A stretch of 64,000 nt of DNA from a virus (IMGVR_UViG_3300025073_000989); one strand, 5' to 3'; counted from the first letter of the stretch, positions 47,307 through 56,721 are shown. Numbers and translations: made by a program. The notes: generated by a model from the sequence alone, not told the origin.

Positions 47307-48536
47307 TTAAACTTGTAGTCCACCATGGTTTGAAGACGCCCCTGAAGAAAAACTCCTAGCAACCGATAAATCCCCAAAATCTGTGGCATTTCCTGTTGAA
47401 GAAATAGTTACATAGTCAATTACATTTGAATTGGAGCCTGTATATCCTCCAGCAAAAAGAGCTCTTGTATTAGAAGATACTGCACCTCCATTTTCTCTAG
47501 CAACCGATAAATCCCCAAAATCTGTGGCATTTCCTGTTGATGCTATAGTTACATAATCAATTACATTAGACAACGTCGGTACACTATTAGTTCCTCCAGC
47601 AAATATAGCTCTAGTAGACGAAGACGTAGCCGCAGTGTAACTACGTATTACAGACAAGTTACCAAAATTTAAAGCATTTCCAGTAGATGCTATTGTCATG
47701 TAGTCAATATTTATAACAGATAACGTTGTCCAGCCTCCTCCAAATAAAGCCCTAGTTGGAGAAGCCGCTCCCCCTGAAGTAAGTCTACTTCTAGCAGCAG
47801 TTAGATCCCCAAAATCTATAGCATTTCCTGTTGATGCTATAGTTATATAGTCAATTACATTTGAATTGGAGCCTGTATATCCTCCAGCAAAAAGAGCTCT
47901 TGTAGAATTAGAAGCCGATGATAGCTGACTTCTACTCACAGTTAACGTACCAAAATCTACAGCATTACCAAGAGTCGCTATTGTTATGTAGTCGGCAACA
48001 GAAGAGTAGGTAGTACCAAAACCTCCCCCAGCTATAAGCCTAGTAGTTGAAGACGCTGCAACGGCAGAATATCTATACATAGTAAGCTCCCCAAAATAGG
48101 TCGCATTGCCTAGTGTTTCTATTGTTATATAATCCAGTACCGTTCCTGAATTACCACCCACAAATACCGCTCTTGAGCCCATGGGCGCTATATAAACTAT
48201 ATCCCCGGTTAAATACCAAGTGTCAATTGAAGATTGTACTAAAGACACTTTACTGTATTGAGTATTAGTTGAGTAACTATTGGCCCTAGATTTAATTGTT
48301 ACACCGTTAGCCGCTGAAAAAGTTAAACCACCATTGCCGGCCTGAATAACATCAATACAGGTTTTAACAGAAAAAGCAACAGTAGAGTTTGCTGGAACTG
48401 TAACCGATATTGTAGTTGGGTTATTCAAAACAACCACACCATCTTTATCCTCAAGTACAAACTGATATGAGCTGGTATTTTGTGTGTTAACGTTCCCAAG
48501 ACTAGTACCAGTAATAAAATTAGACAATTTTAACAT
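47307..48536 (-). CDS. Fibre protein: adaptor domain plus about six TIASTGNAxDFGDL propeller repeats
   Basis: Repeat unit RALFAGG...NVIDY(I/V)TIASTGNA.DFGDL; near-identical DNA repeats. Confidence 0.75.
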   Translation of the reverse strand: MLKLSNFITGTSLGNVNTQNTSSYQFVLEDKDGVVVLNNPTTISVTVPANSTVAFSVKTCIDVIQAGNGGLTFSAANGVTIKSRANSYSTNTQYSKVSLVQSSIDTWYLTGDIVYIAPMGSRAVFVGGNSGTVLDYITIETLGNATYFGELTMYRYSAVAASSTTRLIAGGGFGTTYSSVADYITIATLGNAVDFGTLTVSRSQLSSASNSTRALFAGGYTGSNSNVIDYITIASTGNAIDFGDLTAARSRLTSGGAASPTRALFGGGWTTLSVINIDYMTIASTGNALNFGNLSVIRSYTAATSSSTRAIFAGGTNSVPTLSNVIDYVTIASTGNATDFGDLSVARENGGAVSSNTRALFAGGYTGSNSNVIDYVTISSTGNATDFGDLSVARSFSSGASSNHGGLQV

Positions 48537-48560
48537 TTAGCTTTATCCCTCCTCACATTA

Positions 48561-49307
48561 CTATATTAAACTAAGTATTTTCGGGTTGTATTTTGTTACT
48601 ACTATTGTATGCTCAAAGTGAGCAGCATAGCTTCCGTCTTTAGTTTTTACAGTCCACCCATCTAGCATGGTCTTTATCTCATGGGTACCTAATGTAAGCA
48701 TTGGTTCTATAGCTAGTACCATTCCCTCTTTTAGTAATAAGCCCTTCGCTGCTTGCCCAACATTTGGTATTTGCGGTTTTTCATGTAAAGATCGCCCTAT
48801 ACCGTGTCCAACAAAATGTCTAACTACACCAAATTTATTATTTTCAGCGTGTGTTTGTATAGCATACGAAATATCGCCAACCCTGTTACCAGGTACAGCT
48901 TGCTCTATTCCTCTATATAGGCACTCCTCAGTAATTCTTTTTAGCTTCTCTACTTGAGTACTGAGCCTTCCTACACCAAAAGTTATTGCAGCATCCCCAT
49001 GATAGCCGTTTTTTAATACACCAAAATCAATACTTAATAACGTACCACTTTCTAGCGGAATGTCAGAGGGAAATCCATGAACCACTTCATCATTTCTACT
49101 AGAACAAATAGAATACGGAAACCCCCTATACCCCTTAAATGAGGGAGTAGCATCATTATCATAAACAAACTCTTCAGCTAATTTATTTAATTTTAAAGTA
49201 CTAGTGCCAGGTTTAGCTTCTAATTTAATTAATTGTAATGCAGTAGCTACAAGCCTAGCACTAATACTTATCTTTTCTATTTCTTCTGCGGTTTTTATTA
49301 TAACCAT
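48561..49307 (-). CDS. map: Methionine aminopeptidase type I
   Basis: IKTAEEI, VVHGFP, SIDFG, GYHGDAA, FVGHGIGRSLHE, LAIEPM, AHFEHTI. Confidence 0.95.
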   Translation of the reverse strand: MVIIKTAEEIEKISISARLVATALQLIKLEAKPGTSTLKLNKLAEEFVYDNDATPSFKGYRGFPYSICSSRNDEVVHGFPSDIPLESGTLLSIDFGVLKNGYHGDAAITFGVGRLSTQVEKLKRITEECLYRGIEQAVPGNRVGDISYAIQTHAENNKFGVVRHFVGHGIGRSLHEKPQIPNVGQAAKGLLLKEGMVLAIEPMLTLGTHEIKTMLDGWTVKTKDGSYAAHFEHTIVVTKYNPKILSLI

Positions 49308-49313
49308 ATTATA

Positions 49314-51428
49314 TTAATCGTTTAATCTCCACCCTTTACTAGTATTGTAATAGACCAAAGAAAAAGAAGCATCATCGGTATCGATAGACATATCTTCAGC
49401 AGTACCCATTATATTAGACCCATTTCTAGCTACCGTAACACCACTAGTAGTACAATAAGACCCACCATCCAAAAAGCATACCTCATTGCCCATAGATGGT
49501 GAAGCAGGAAGAGTAACAGTAAAGGAACCTCCAACCGTTGTATCTATTATTATTCTATCACCATTTGAGGCAGTATAATTACTGGTTTTTAATATCCAAG
49601 GCTTTAGCCCAGAAGCGGCTGCTGGCTGGTTATATATAGCATTAACCCAATTATCTGCTATAGTTTCGAAGGTAAATTGAACTCTTAGTTTACCAGAAAC
49701 AATTGAAGCTGTATAATAGTCTGTATTATCTCTCTGTTTAACCCCATTATAAAATACCTGTAATCCATCAGGAACAATTGTAAAGTCATCTAGTGTAGAT
49801 TCCCAAACATCGCCAACACCACTTACCGTAGTAAAGACAAGATTAGTACTGACCATCTCTGTAACAGTACCACTAATGGTTACTGTTTGTGTCCCAGAAT
49901 CAAGATATAAGGTAATATTTCCTGCGCCTTCTAGATTTAATGTATCTTCATTTCCGTCAGCAGTAATTATATCTGTTCCATCTGTAAAATATTTAAATGT
50001 ATCTATAGCGGTTATTTGACCATCTAAAGTTCCAGACAGTGCAGCAATATTATCAGCATTTATTTTAATCTGATCATCCAATAAACTATCAGCATTTGCT
50101 AAGGATGTAGCAGCACTTATGTAATTAGTGCTCATATCAGGAGAATACGTCCCACTAGAGGTCAAACCTGCCCCTACTTGAGTAGTATCTAATTCTGATT
50201 CAACAGATATATTGGCGTACGAAGAATCATGGTCGTGACCTACCGGTGAGTATACCCCACTGTGATCATGCCCAGAATCTGCTTTTCCATCTATTTCAGA
50301 CTGTAGTGTTCCAGAAAGAGTGTCGATCTCGTTTTTTGTGTAATAACTTGAGTCATGGTCATGCCCTACAGGTGAATACACCCCACTATGGTCATGCCCA
50401 GAGTCAGATTTACCAGCAAGAGCGGTATCTAAGTCTTCTAAAGCCCCGCTTATAGTAGTAGCGGTATCAAGATAATTTGTACTAGAAAAAGGACTAAAAG
50501 TACCATCGGTGTTCAACCCTATAGCCGCCTCAATAAGGTTGATCTCGTCCGTATTAGCAGCAATACCGCTTAATGTACTTACAGCAAAATTAGGATCGTC
50601 GCCTAAAGCATCAGCTAGTTCATTTATTGTATCTAGAAGGGCTGGTGCCCCGCTAACCAATGTATAAATAGTTTGATCTAAAATTTCAGTGGCATCTTTT
50701 ATACTTGTAGATTCAGATAAGTAGGTATTAGGATATGTTGGAGCAGTATAAGTACCATCTGTGTTTAGTCCAGCACCAATCTGGGTATAGTCTATTTCAG
50801 ATTGTAGAGTGCCAGAAAGAGTATCAACTTCATTCTTTGTATAATAGCTTGAGTCATGGTCATGGCCTACAGGAGAGTACACTCCACTATGATCGTGTCC
50901 GGAGTCTGCCTTATTATCAATAGCTGCCTGTAATGTCCCAGAAGTAGTATCGATTTTTCCATCTAACGTTGTGTCTGTTTCAGACAGTGTATTTAAAGTC
51001 AATGCCATACTATACATGGACGTTCCTGGTATAGTGTGCCAAGTAGCTTCTTCACCAGAGATATTATAGAGCATCGCCCTAATGTAATTTAAATCATCCT
51101 CTAGGTTCTTAAAATAATGCTTGCTTCCTCCGGCGGCAGCGGCGGTCTCGGTAGGAGTTGGCGTAACTGTTGCATTGCTACCGTCTATACTAGAAATATA
51201 ATAAACTCCATTCGCAACAGAATCTACAACAACTATATAATTACCTACCTCTTCAGAGCTCAGCGATGCTGGACATCCTATGATGTTGGATCCAGAAGTA
51301 ACAGTAAATGTTAGGTTACTTTCATAAGGCCTACCTGTTAGTTCTGCATAAGCTACAGGTGTACTGGGGGTAAAGGCACCAGATCCATCTATTTGTACAT
51401 GTTGTTTAATTAGACTTCGGCTTCCCAT
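49314..51428 (-). CDS. Long tail-fibre-like protein with His-rich repeats
   Basis: ADSGHDHSGVYSPVGHDHDSSY three times; C-terminal YTASNGDRIIIDTT..TVTLPASPSMG..GWRL module of T4 gp34/cyanophage fibre type; start set to MGSRSL. Confidence 0.7.
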   Translation of the reverse strand: MGSRSLIKQHVQIDGSGAFTPSTPVAYAELTGRPYESNLTFTVTSGSNIIGCPASLSSEEVGNYIVVVDSVANGVYYISSIDGSNATVTPTPTETAAAAGGSKHYFKNLEDDLNYIRAMLYNISGEEATWHTIPGTSMYSMALTLNTLSETDTTLDGKIDTTSGTLQAAIDNKADSGHDHSGVYSPVGHDHDSSYYTKNEVDTLSGTLQSEIDYTQIGAGLNTDGTYTAPTYPNTYLSESTSIKDATEILDQTIYTLVSGAPALLDTINELADALGDDPNFAVSTLSGIAANTDEINLIEAAIGLNTDGTFSPFSSTNYLDTATTISGALEDLDTALAGKSDSGHDHSGVYSPVGHDHDSSYYTKNEIDTLSGTLQSEIDGKADSGHDHSGVYSPVGHDHDSSYANISVESELDTTQVGAGLTSSGTYSPDMSTNYISAATSLANADSLLDDQIKINADNIAALSGTLDGQITAIDTFKYFTDGTDIITADGNEDTLNLEGAGNITLYLDSGTQTVTISGTVTEMVSTNLVFTTVSGVGDVWESTLDDFTIVPDGLQVFYNGVKQRDNTDYYTASIVSGKLRVQFTFETIADNWVNAIYNQPAAASGLKPWILKTSNYTASNGDRIIIDTTVGGSFTVTLPASPSMGNEVCFLDGGSYCTTSGVTVARNGSNIMGTAEDMSIDTDDASFSLVYYNTSKGWRLND

Positions 51429-51578
51429 TTTAAATTTTCTCCTTTTTAAGTTTTGTTGTTTTTTGTGAAAATCAAAATCAAGCCTTCCAATTATAATTAG
51501 GTTAGTTAATTGCAATAAAAAAAGGGCGCCGACCGTGCGCCCTTTAATTAAACAATCAATAAAATGTAATTATTTTTT

Positions 51579-52541
51579 TTACTCTTCAAATAAATTACCG
51601 ACTGAAGTTTCTTCATGTACATTTTTTATAGCACTTGCTAGTAATGGAGCTATAGAAATAATCTCTATTTTACCACTAGCGACAGCATATTTATTTAGCG
51701 GTATAGTATCAGTAACATATACTTTAGAAAATTTTGAGTTGTTTATCTTGGTCACAGAAGTGCCGGTTAAGACTGGGTGAGTTGCATAGGCTACTATATC
51801 AGTAGCTCCAGCTTCCCAAACTACTTCAGAGGCACCACATAGAGTTCCAGCACTGTCTATCATATCATCTAACATTATAACTGTTTTTCCACTAACATCA
51901 CCAATTAATGTCATATCTTCTATTTGGCCTGGACCTTTTCTTTTCTTATATACTATAGCCATACCACAATTCAGTCGCTTAGCATACGCTTTTGCTCTAT
52001 TAGTACCGCCGGCATCTGGAGAAACAACGACAATATCATCAGCGGAATAATTTTCTTTTATTTGTTTAATAAAAATACCAGAAGCGTATAAATTATCTAC
52101 AGGTATATCAAAAAAACCTTGTGTTTGCCCTGAGTGCAGATCTATAGTAATAATTCTATCTATCCCGGAGACTGATATCAAATTAGCTACTGCCTTAGCA
52201 CTAATTGGTACCTGCGATTTTACTTTTCTATCTTGTCGTGCGTACCCATAATACGGTATTACTGCTGTTACTCTCCAGCAATTAGATCTTTTTAGCGCAT
52301 CCAAAATAAGACACAATTCCAGTACATTGTGGTTGGCCATCTTACAGGTTGGTTGTATGACAAACACATCCATACCGCGCATTGTGTCATATATCTCTAT
52401 TTGGCTTTCTCCATCCGAAAACGTGCCTATAAAAACTTTTGATAACCCGCCACAGTTAGGTAGTTGCAAACAAACAGTTTCTGCAAGTTTAGGATTAGCT
52501 GATCCTGATATAATTCTCATATCTCTATTATTAGTATGCAT
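51579..52541 (-). CDS. prs: Ribose-phosphate pyrophosphokinase
   Basis: FSDGE, IPYYGYARQDRK, DLHSGQTQGFF, VSPDAGG, LDDMIDSAGTL, THPVL. Confidence 0.95.
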   Translation of the reverse strand: MHTNNRDMRIISGSANPKLAETVCLQLPNCGGLSKVFIGTFSDGESQIEIYDTMRGMDVFVIQPTCKMANHNVLELCLILDALKRSNCWRVTAVIPYYGYARQDRKVKSQVPISAKAVANLISVSGIDRIITIDLHSGQTQGFFDIPVDNLYASGIFIKQIKENYSADDIVVVSPDAGGTNRAKAYAKRLNCGMAIVYKKRKGPGQIEDMTLIGDVSGKTVIMLDDMIDSAGTLCGASEVVWEAGATDIVAYATHPVLTGTSVTKINNSKFSKVYVTDTIPLNKYAVASGKIEIISIAPLLASAIKNVHEETSVGNLFEE

Positions 52542-52567
52542 TTTTATAAACCCCCGTCATGCCCAAA

Positions 52568-53005
52568 TCAAATAGTTTGCTTTACTTTATCTTCTCTTTT
52601 TAGCTCACATCCATTTTCTGATATTCTAAATGTTTCAAAATACACTTTGCCTTCCTTTACTAATTGTTTAGCTCGTTGCTGGCTTTTACTCAAGCGAGAA
52701 TGGCCGGTTTTAATTTCTACTAATATTATAGCATCGTCGTTTATTTGTATTCCGTCCACTGGATTTCCTAAAAACCTAAAATTACCTGGATCATACGGCC
52801 AAGCTGTAAGAAACGGCGCCAAGCTTTCACCAATTTTACCAAGCCTTACCTCCGAGCTTTTTCTAAAACTAAGCTCGTCGTTATATTTCTTCTGGCGCTG
52901 ATCTAACAATTCACGCCACTCTTTTGCATTAACATAATACAACAAAACACCCACAACTATACCTAATGTACCAACCACTAAACCCACTATTAACTCAATC
53001 CCCAT
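52568..53005 (-). CDS. Holliday junction resolvase-like nuclease (Endonuc_Holl type) with N-terminal membrane anchor
   Basis: GKIGESLAPF, FRFLGNPVDGI, LVEIKTG..LS..Q. Confidence 0.75.
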   Translation of the reverse strand: MGIELIVGLVVGTLGIVVGVLLYYVNAKEWRELLDQRQKKYNDELSFRKSSEVRLGKIGESLAPFLTAWPYDPGNFRFLGNPVDGIQINDDAIILVEIKTGHSRLSKSQQRAKQLVKEGKVYFETFRISENGCELKREDKVKQTI

Positions 53006-53249
53006 TACTTTCTTCGCTCCCTATTAAATTTTTGATGTCTTTTGGTGTAAATTCACTGTCTTTGCTTTTCCCGTAAATCTTATGAGTTAAAAAAGTACCA
53101 TCTGGTTTTTCTATAACAACCGCTATATAACAGTCCTCCAGATAATAACATTCACAATAATATTTACATTTACAAGAATGGCTTATTTTGTAGTAATAAG
53201 TTTTACCATTAATTATTATTTTTCTTCTACCCCTTTTAGGCATTGTCAT
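52995..53249 (-). CDS. Hypothetical protein
   Basis: 84 aa; RRKIIINGKTYYY. Confidence 0.55.
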   Translation of the reverse strand: MTMPKRGRRKIIINGKTYYYKISHSCKCKYYCECYYLEDCYIAVVIEKPDGTFLTHKIYGKSKDSEFTPKDIKNLIGSEESNGD

Positions 53250-53266
53250 AGTTTTTGTACTCCTGT

Positions 53267-54034
53267 TTAATTGTCTTCTTCTTTTTTACCCTTCAATTTT
53301 GGATACTCTACACGGCGTTGATAAGTCCCCATCAGCTCTCTAGCAAGAGCCTCTTTAATCTTTTTAAGATCTCCCAACTTTATACTAACTTCATCCAATT
53401 CTCCAGTATCAAGTAAATTTGTAATGGTGCTTTCTATTACCTGCTTTGGGTCCAACTTATTAGTTTGAAACAAAGACCTAGACGTAGCTTCTACTTTATC
53501 AGCTATCATCAATACCATGGCCTCTATAGTTTTAGGCCGTGTTCCTTTATGACTAAATCTCTCTAGATCTTCTTCTTTTTCACCTGCTTTCACATAAAAA
53601 TATTGCATCAAACCACGCCCATGGTGCTGACTTATTATTTCAATAAGATCCCTGGGAAAGTTATGATCATTTATTAAAATATTAACTGTGTCGGCGACAT
53701 GGCTTCGAATAATCTGTGAACCTAACCACGGATCGAGCTCGACATATGGGTCCTCTCCGTCCAATTGATTCTCACTGAACATTCTTGGCGCATTTATTTT
53801 TCCGCAGTCATGATATAAGGCAGCTACCTTCATCTTTTGAATATCTAAACCTAATTCAATACTAATACTCTCTACTAAGGACATAAGGCTTTGTGAATGC
53901 TTATATGTCCCAGGAGCCTGCTCACGTAACCTCTGCAATAAAGGGTAACCTGTATCTAACAAATCCACTAAGGGCTTATCCAAACCATTACCATTCTTTT
54001 CTTTTTCTATGTTATCTATCATTAAAGTTCTCAC
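53267..54034 (-). CDS. Stand-alone HD phosphohydrolase of the PgpH/7TM-HD intracellular type
   Basis: LLQRLREQAPGTYKHS, ALYHDCGK, FSENQ, IIRSHV, ISQHHG, LMIADKVEA. Confidence 0.8.
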   Translation of the reverse strand: MRTLMIDNIEKEKNGNGLDKPLVDLLDTGYPLLQRLREQAPGTYKHSQSLMSLVESISIELGLDIQKMKVAALYHDCGKINAPRMFSENQLDGEDPYVELDPWLGSQIIRSHVADTVNILINDHNFPRDLIEIISQHHGRGLMQYFYVKAGEKEEDLERFSHKGTRPKTIEAMVLMIADKVEATSRSLFQTNKLDPKQVIESTITNLLDTGELDEVSIKLGDLKKIKEALARELMGTYQRRVEYPKLKGKKEEDN

Positions 54035-54263
54035 TTAATTCCGTATAATCTAAAGGATTACCACATCGTCTTAAATACCAACTTCCTCCGTCTACTGAAA
54101 CTGCACCGCAAGCACAGGACCTGTAATCGTGTCTATTTGTAGAACGAATTACTTCTCCACATAAATGACATCGTACTGAATTATTATAGATGGGCCCTAT
54201 ATTTAAACGGCTTCGTTCTTCCTTTGGTGTATCTATAGTTACAAAATTACGGTAGTACATCAT
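54012..54263 (-). CDS. Small zinc-binding phage protein
   Basis: RCHLCGEVIRS..HDYRSCACGAVSVDGG. Confidence 0.7.
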   Translation of the reverse strand: MMYYRNFVTIDTPKEERSRLNIGPIYNNSVRCHLCGEVIRSTNRHDYRSCACGAVSVDGGSWYLRRCGNPLDYTELSENFNDR

Positions 54264-55246
54264 ACTGGCCTCACATTATTAAAATACTTTATATCCAAAT
54301 CAAAAGTGTGTTTAATTCTAAGTTTGGCTATTTCAACATTTTTTGAATCCATTTCTATCCCCAAAAATTTTCTATTTAGTCTACGACAAGCTACGCCTAA
54401 AGATCCAGTGCCGCAGTAAATATCTACTACTAGTTGGTTTGGGCCACTTGTTAGCAACCGAACCAACCAAACTAAAATACCTAAGGGCTTGACAGAAACG
54501 TGCGTATTTTCAACCAAACCATTAGCTGTTTTTTCTTGACTGGAAGCTCTAGGACAATACTGAACATTGGTAGGAAGTGCACCCCTGGCAGAAGGAACCC
54601 AGCCCTTTCGACCTAATTTTTTAAATGTATTACTCTTAATATCAGACTGCATATGCATCTCGCCGGTATTTTCGAACCTTTTTATTATAGAGCTATGGTC
54701 TCCTTTATATGTCTGACGGGATTCTTCTAAATTTAGAAGATTTGTTTTATATAAATTCCAGTTGTTTAATTCAGAACCATCAAGCTTCTTCCTATATATT
54801 AAAATTGGGTTGTAGACGTTACGTAATTTACTACCGTAAGCTTCATCCTCCGTCCTGAAACCCTTAATATGAGTACCCTGTCCACACCACACCACCTGAT
54901 CCCTAAACTCAAATTGGGCTTGTGACATTCTTAGGCACAGTAACGGTACCATAGATGGCTGACAAAAAATGGCGATATGTCCACCAGGCTTAAGCTTGTC
55001 GTAGCAAAGATTCCAAATGTCTATGGACGGCATATCATCGTCCCAAGTTTCCATCTTAACTCCGTAAGGGGGATCTATAATAAAACAATGGACCGAACTA
55101 TCTGCTATTGTTGGTAAAATATCCTCACACCTTCCCTCTCTGACTTCAAAATCAGAACCCGCGCCAGTATATATTTCACTCTTCGGGTTATAGTTTTTTT
55201 CTCTAAATTCCTTGGTAAAAATATCATATATCATAGAATTGCTCAT
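54260..55246 (-). CDS. DNA amino-methyltransferase (N6-A/N4-C, beta class)
   Basis: Catalytic IIDPPYG precedes HVSVKP and SAM-binding VVDIYCGTGS. Confidence 0.85.
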   Translation of the reverse strand: MSNSMIYDIFTKEFREKNYNPKSEIYTGAGSDFEVREGRCEDILPTIADSSVHCFIIDPPYGVKMETWDDDMPSIDIWNLCYDKLKPGGHIAIFCQPSMVPLLCLRMSQAQFEFRDQVVWCGQGTHIKGFRTEDEAYGSKLRNVYNPILIYRKKLDGSELNNWNLYKTNLLNLEESRQTYKGDHSSIIKRFENTGEMHMQSDIKSNTFKKLGRKGWVPSARGALPTNVQYCPRASSQEKTANGLVENTHVSVKPLGILVWLVRLLTSGPNQLVVDIYCGTGSLGVACRRLNRKFLGIEMDSKNVEIAKLRIKHTFDLDIKYFNNVRPV

Positions 55247-55301
55247 TTATAATTTTCAATTAATCTATTATTACGTAAATAATTCCTTCGGAGTCGTCGG
55301 C

Positions 55302-56561
55302 TTAAACTAAGGCAGCGCTTTTCAGCGGCCGGCTAAAACGTCGTGTTTTAGGCCTTAGTAGCGATTTTCCTGTTTCAACCCGACCCCTATTTTCGGGAAT
55401 TGCTTCCCTATCGTCAAGTGGTTTTGCCGGTCCACAGGCTTTAGTAATTAAACTTCCCGCGCTCCTCGCGGTATTTAGTATCACCGTATTTTGGACGGTA
55501 TGCTTCAGTATAACCTGAGCTGCGGCTATATCTCTGTCGTGAGTTAGTCCGCAAGGGCATTTCCAGCTACGAATATTTAACGGGAGTTTCTCCGTAACAT
55601 AATTGCAATTAGGACAAACTCCTGTGCTTCGTTCGTATCTTGGATGTTTCAAAAGCTCTCTACCATTCCAGAGGGCTTTATGCGTTAAAAAAATGGTAAA
55701 CATGCCCCAGCCACAGTCTGTAACCGCACTGGCTAGCTTTCCCTGAGCTAAACTCGACACTTTTAGGTCCTCTATCGCTATCACTTGGTTTTCGCTTACG
55801 ATAGTGGTACTCAATTTGTGCAGGAAATCTTTCCGCTGATCACTTATTTTCTGGTGGAGATTTGCTACTTTTATTCTGGCTTTGGCTCTGTTAGAGCTTT
55901 TCTTCTTGGTTTTATTAAAACGTCTTTGGAGGATTTTAAGCTTCCTTTTAGACAGTTTATAAGGTATTGGTGGGGCAATTTTATCTCCGTCCGAAGTGGT
56001 AATAAAACTTTGAATACCAAGGTCAAGTCCGATCTTGTTATGAGACTTGAGCTTCATTGGTTTCGTGCAGTCGACCTGTAGAGAAACATACCAATCCCCA
56101 TTAGGCCTTTTTGAAATAGTGGCACTGTTGGGGAAGACTGGAACTTCATCAGACCATTTTACGTCGATTGGTCCTAACTTGGAAAGTTTTAGAAGTTTAC
56201 CTGATTGGAAGATATGAGTTCCCTGACGTTTATCCATTTGATAACACACGGAATTCTTGAACTTCTTAAACTTAGGATGCTCGGCTTCATGTCGGAAGAA
56301 CTTCTTATAGGCTTCATCCAAATCATACAAGGTGTTAGTCATTACCGTTACAGAAGCTTTTAAAAGCCAAGACTCATGCTTCTTAAGACAAGTTAAATCT
56401 CTGCTTAAGGTTACTACGTTGTGCTTAAATCCGTAGAGTTTGAACATGGAGTCTTTCTGATCCAGAGACCAATTCCAGACGAAGCGGGACGCAGCAAACT
56501 CCTTTTGGAGTTGTTTGCGCTGCTTAAGCGTGGGATAGATTCTGAATTTGAAAGCTCTCAT
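55302..56561 (-). CDS. tnpB: RNA-guided endonuclease TnpB
   Basis: AFKFRIYPT, RuvC IGLDLG / IAIEDL / HDRDIAAA, zinc finger CPNC..CPCG. Confidence 0.92.
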   Translation of the reverse strand: MRAFKFRIYPTLKQRKQLQKEFAASRFVWNWSLDQKDSMFKLYGFKHNVVTLSRDLTCLKKHESWLLKASVTVMTNTLYDLDEAYKKFFRHEAEHPKFKKFKNSVCYQMDKRQGTHIFQSGKLLKLSKLGPIDVKWSDEVPVFPNSATISKRPNGDWYVSLQVDCTKPMKLKSHNKIGLDLGIQSFITTSDGDKIAPPIPYKLSKRKLKILQRRFNKTKKKSSNRAKARIKVANLHQKISDQRKDFLHKLSTTIVSENQVIAIEDLKVSSLAQGKLASAVTDCGWGMFTIFLTHKALWNGRELLKHPRYERSTGVCPNCNYVTEKLPLNIRSWKCPCGLTHDRDIAAAQVILKHTVQNTVILNTARSAGSLITKACGPAKPLDDREAIPENRGRVETGKSLLRPKTRRFSRPLKSAALV

Positions 56562-56615
56562 TAATGCTCCTGATTAAGTTTAAAAATAGATCATACCATA
56601 CAAATTAGTTAAAGT

Positions 56616-56721
56616 CAAGTTAAATATTATAGAACGTAATATTTAACTCGTTCTTAGAAGCAAGTTAAATCTTATAGAACGTAATATTTAACTCGTTCTT
56701 AGAAGCAAGTTAAATCTTATA
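56616..56721. repeat. 45-bp tandem repeat (2 full units plus a partial) with internal inverted repeats
   Basis: caagttaaat(a/c)ttatagaacgtaatatttaactcgttcttagaag; AGTTAAAT/ATTTAACT and AGAACG/CGTTCT arms. Confidence 0.9.

Larger units (their letters stand above)
55288..56721 (-). mobile_element. TnpB-only insertion element (IS200/IS605- or IS607-type); left boundary approximate
   Basis: Right end fixed at 55288 by identity with the second copy at 63886; hairpin-rich repeats upstream of tnpB; no tnpA seen. Confidence 0.75.

Noticed and set aside
47307-48536. Diversity-generating retroelement TR/VR pair
   Set aside because: Repeats are in-frame propeller blades with differences not confined to adenines; no reverse transcriptase in the window
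55302-56561. Cas12 effector or integron integrase serving array B
   Set aside because: Size and motifs are those of ordinary TnpB; no adjacent CRISPR array and no tyrosine-recombinase motifs
56616-56721. CRISPR array
   Set aside because: Units are directly adjacent with no unique spacers
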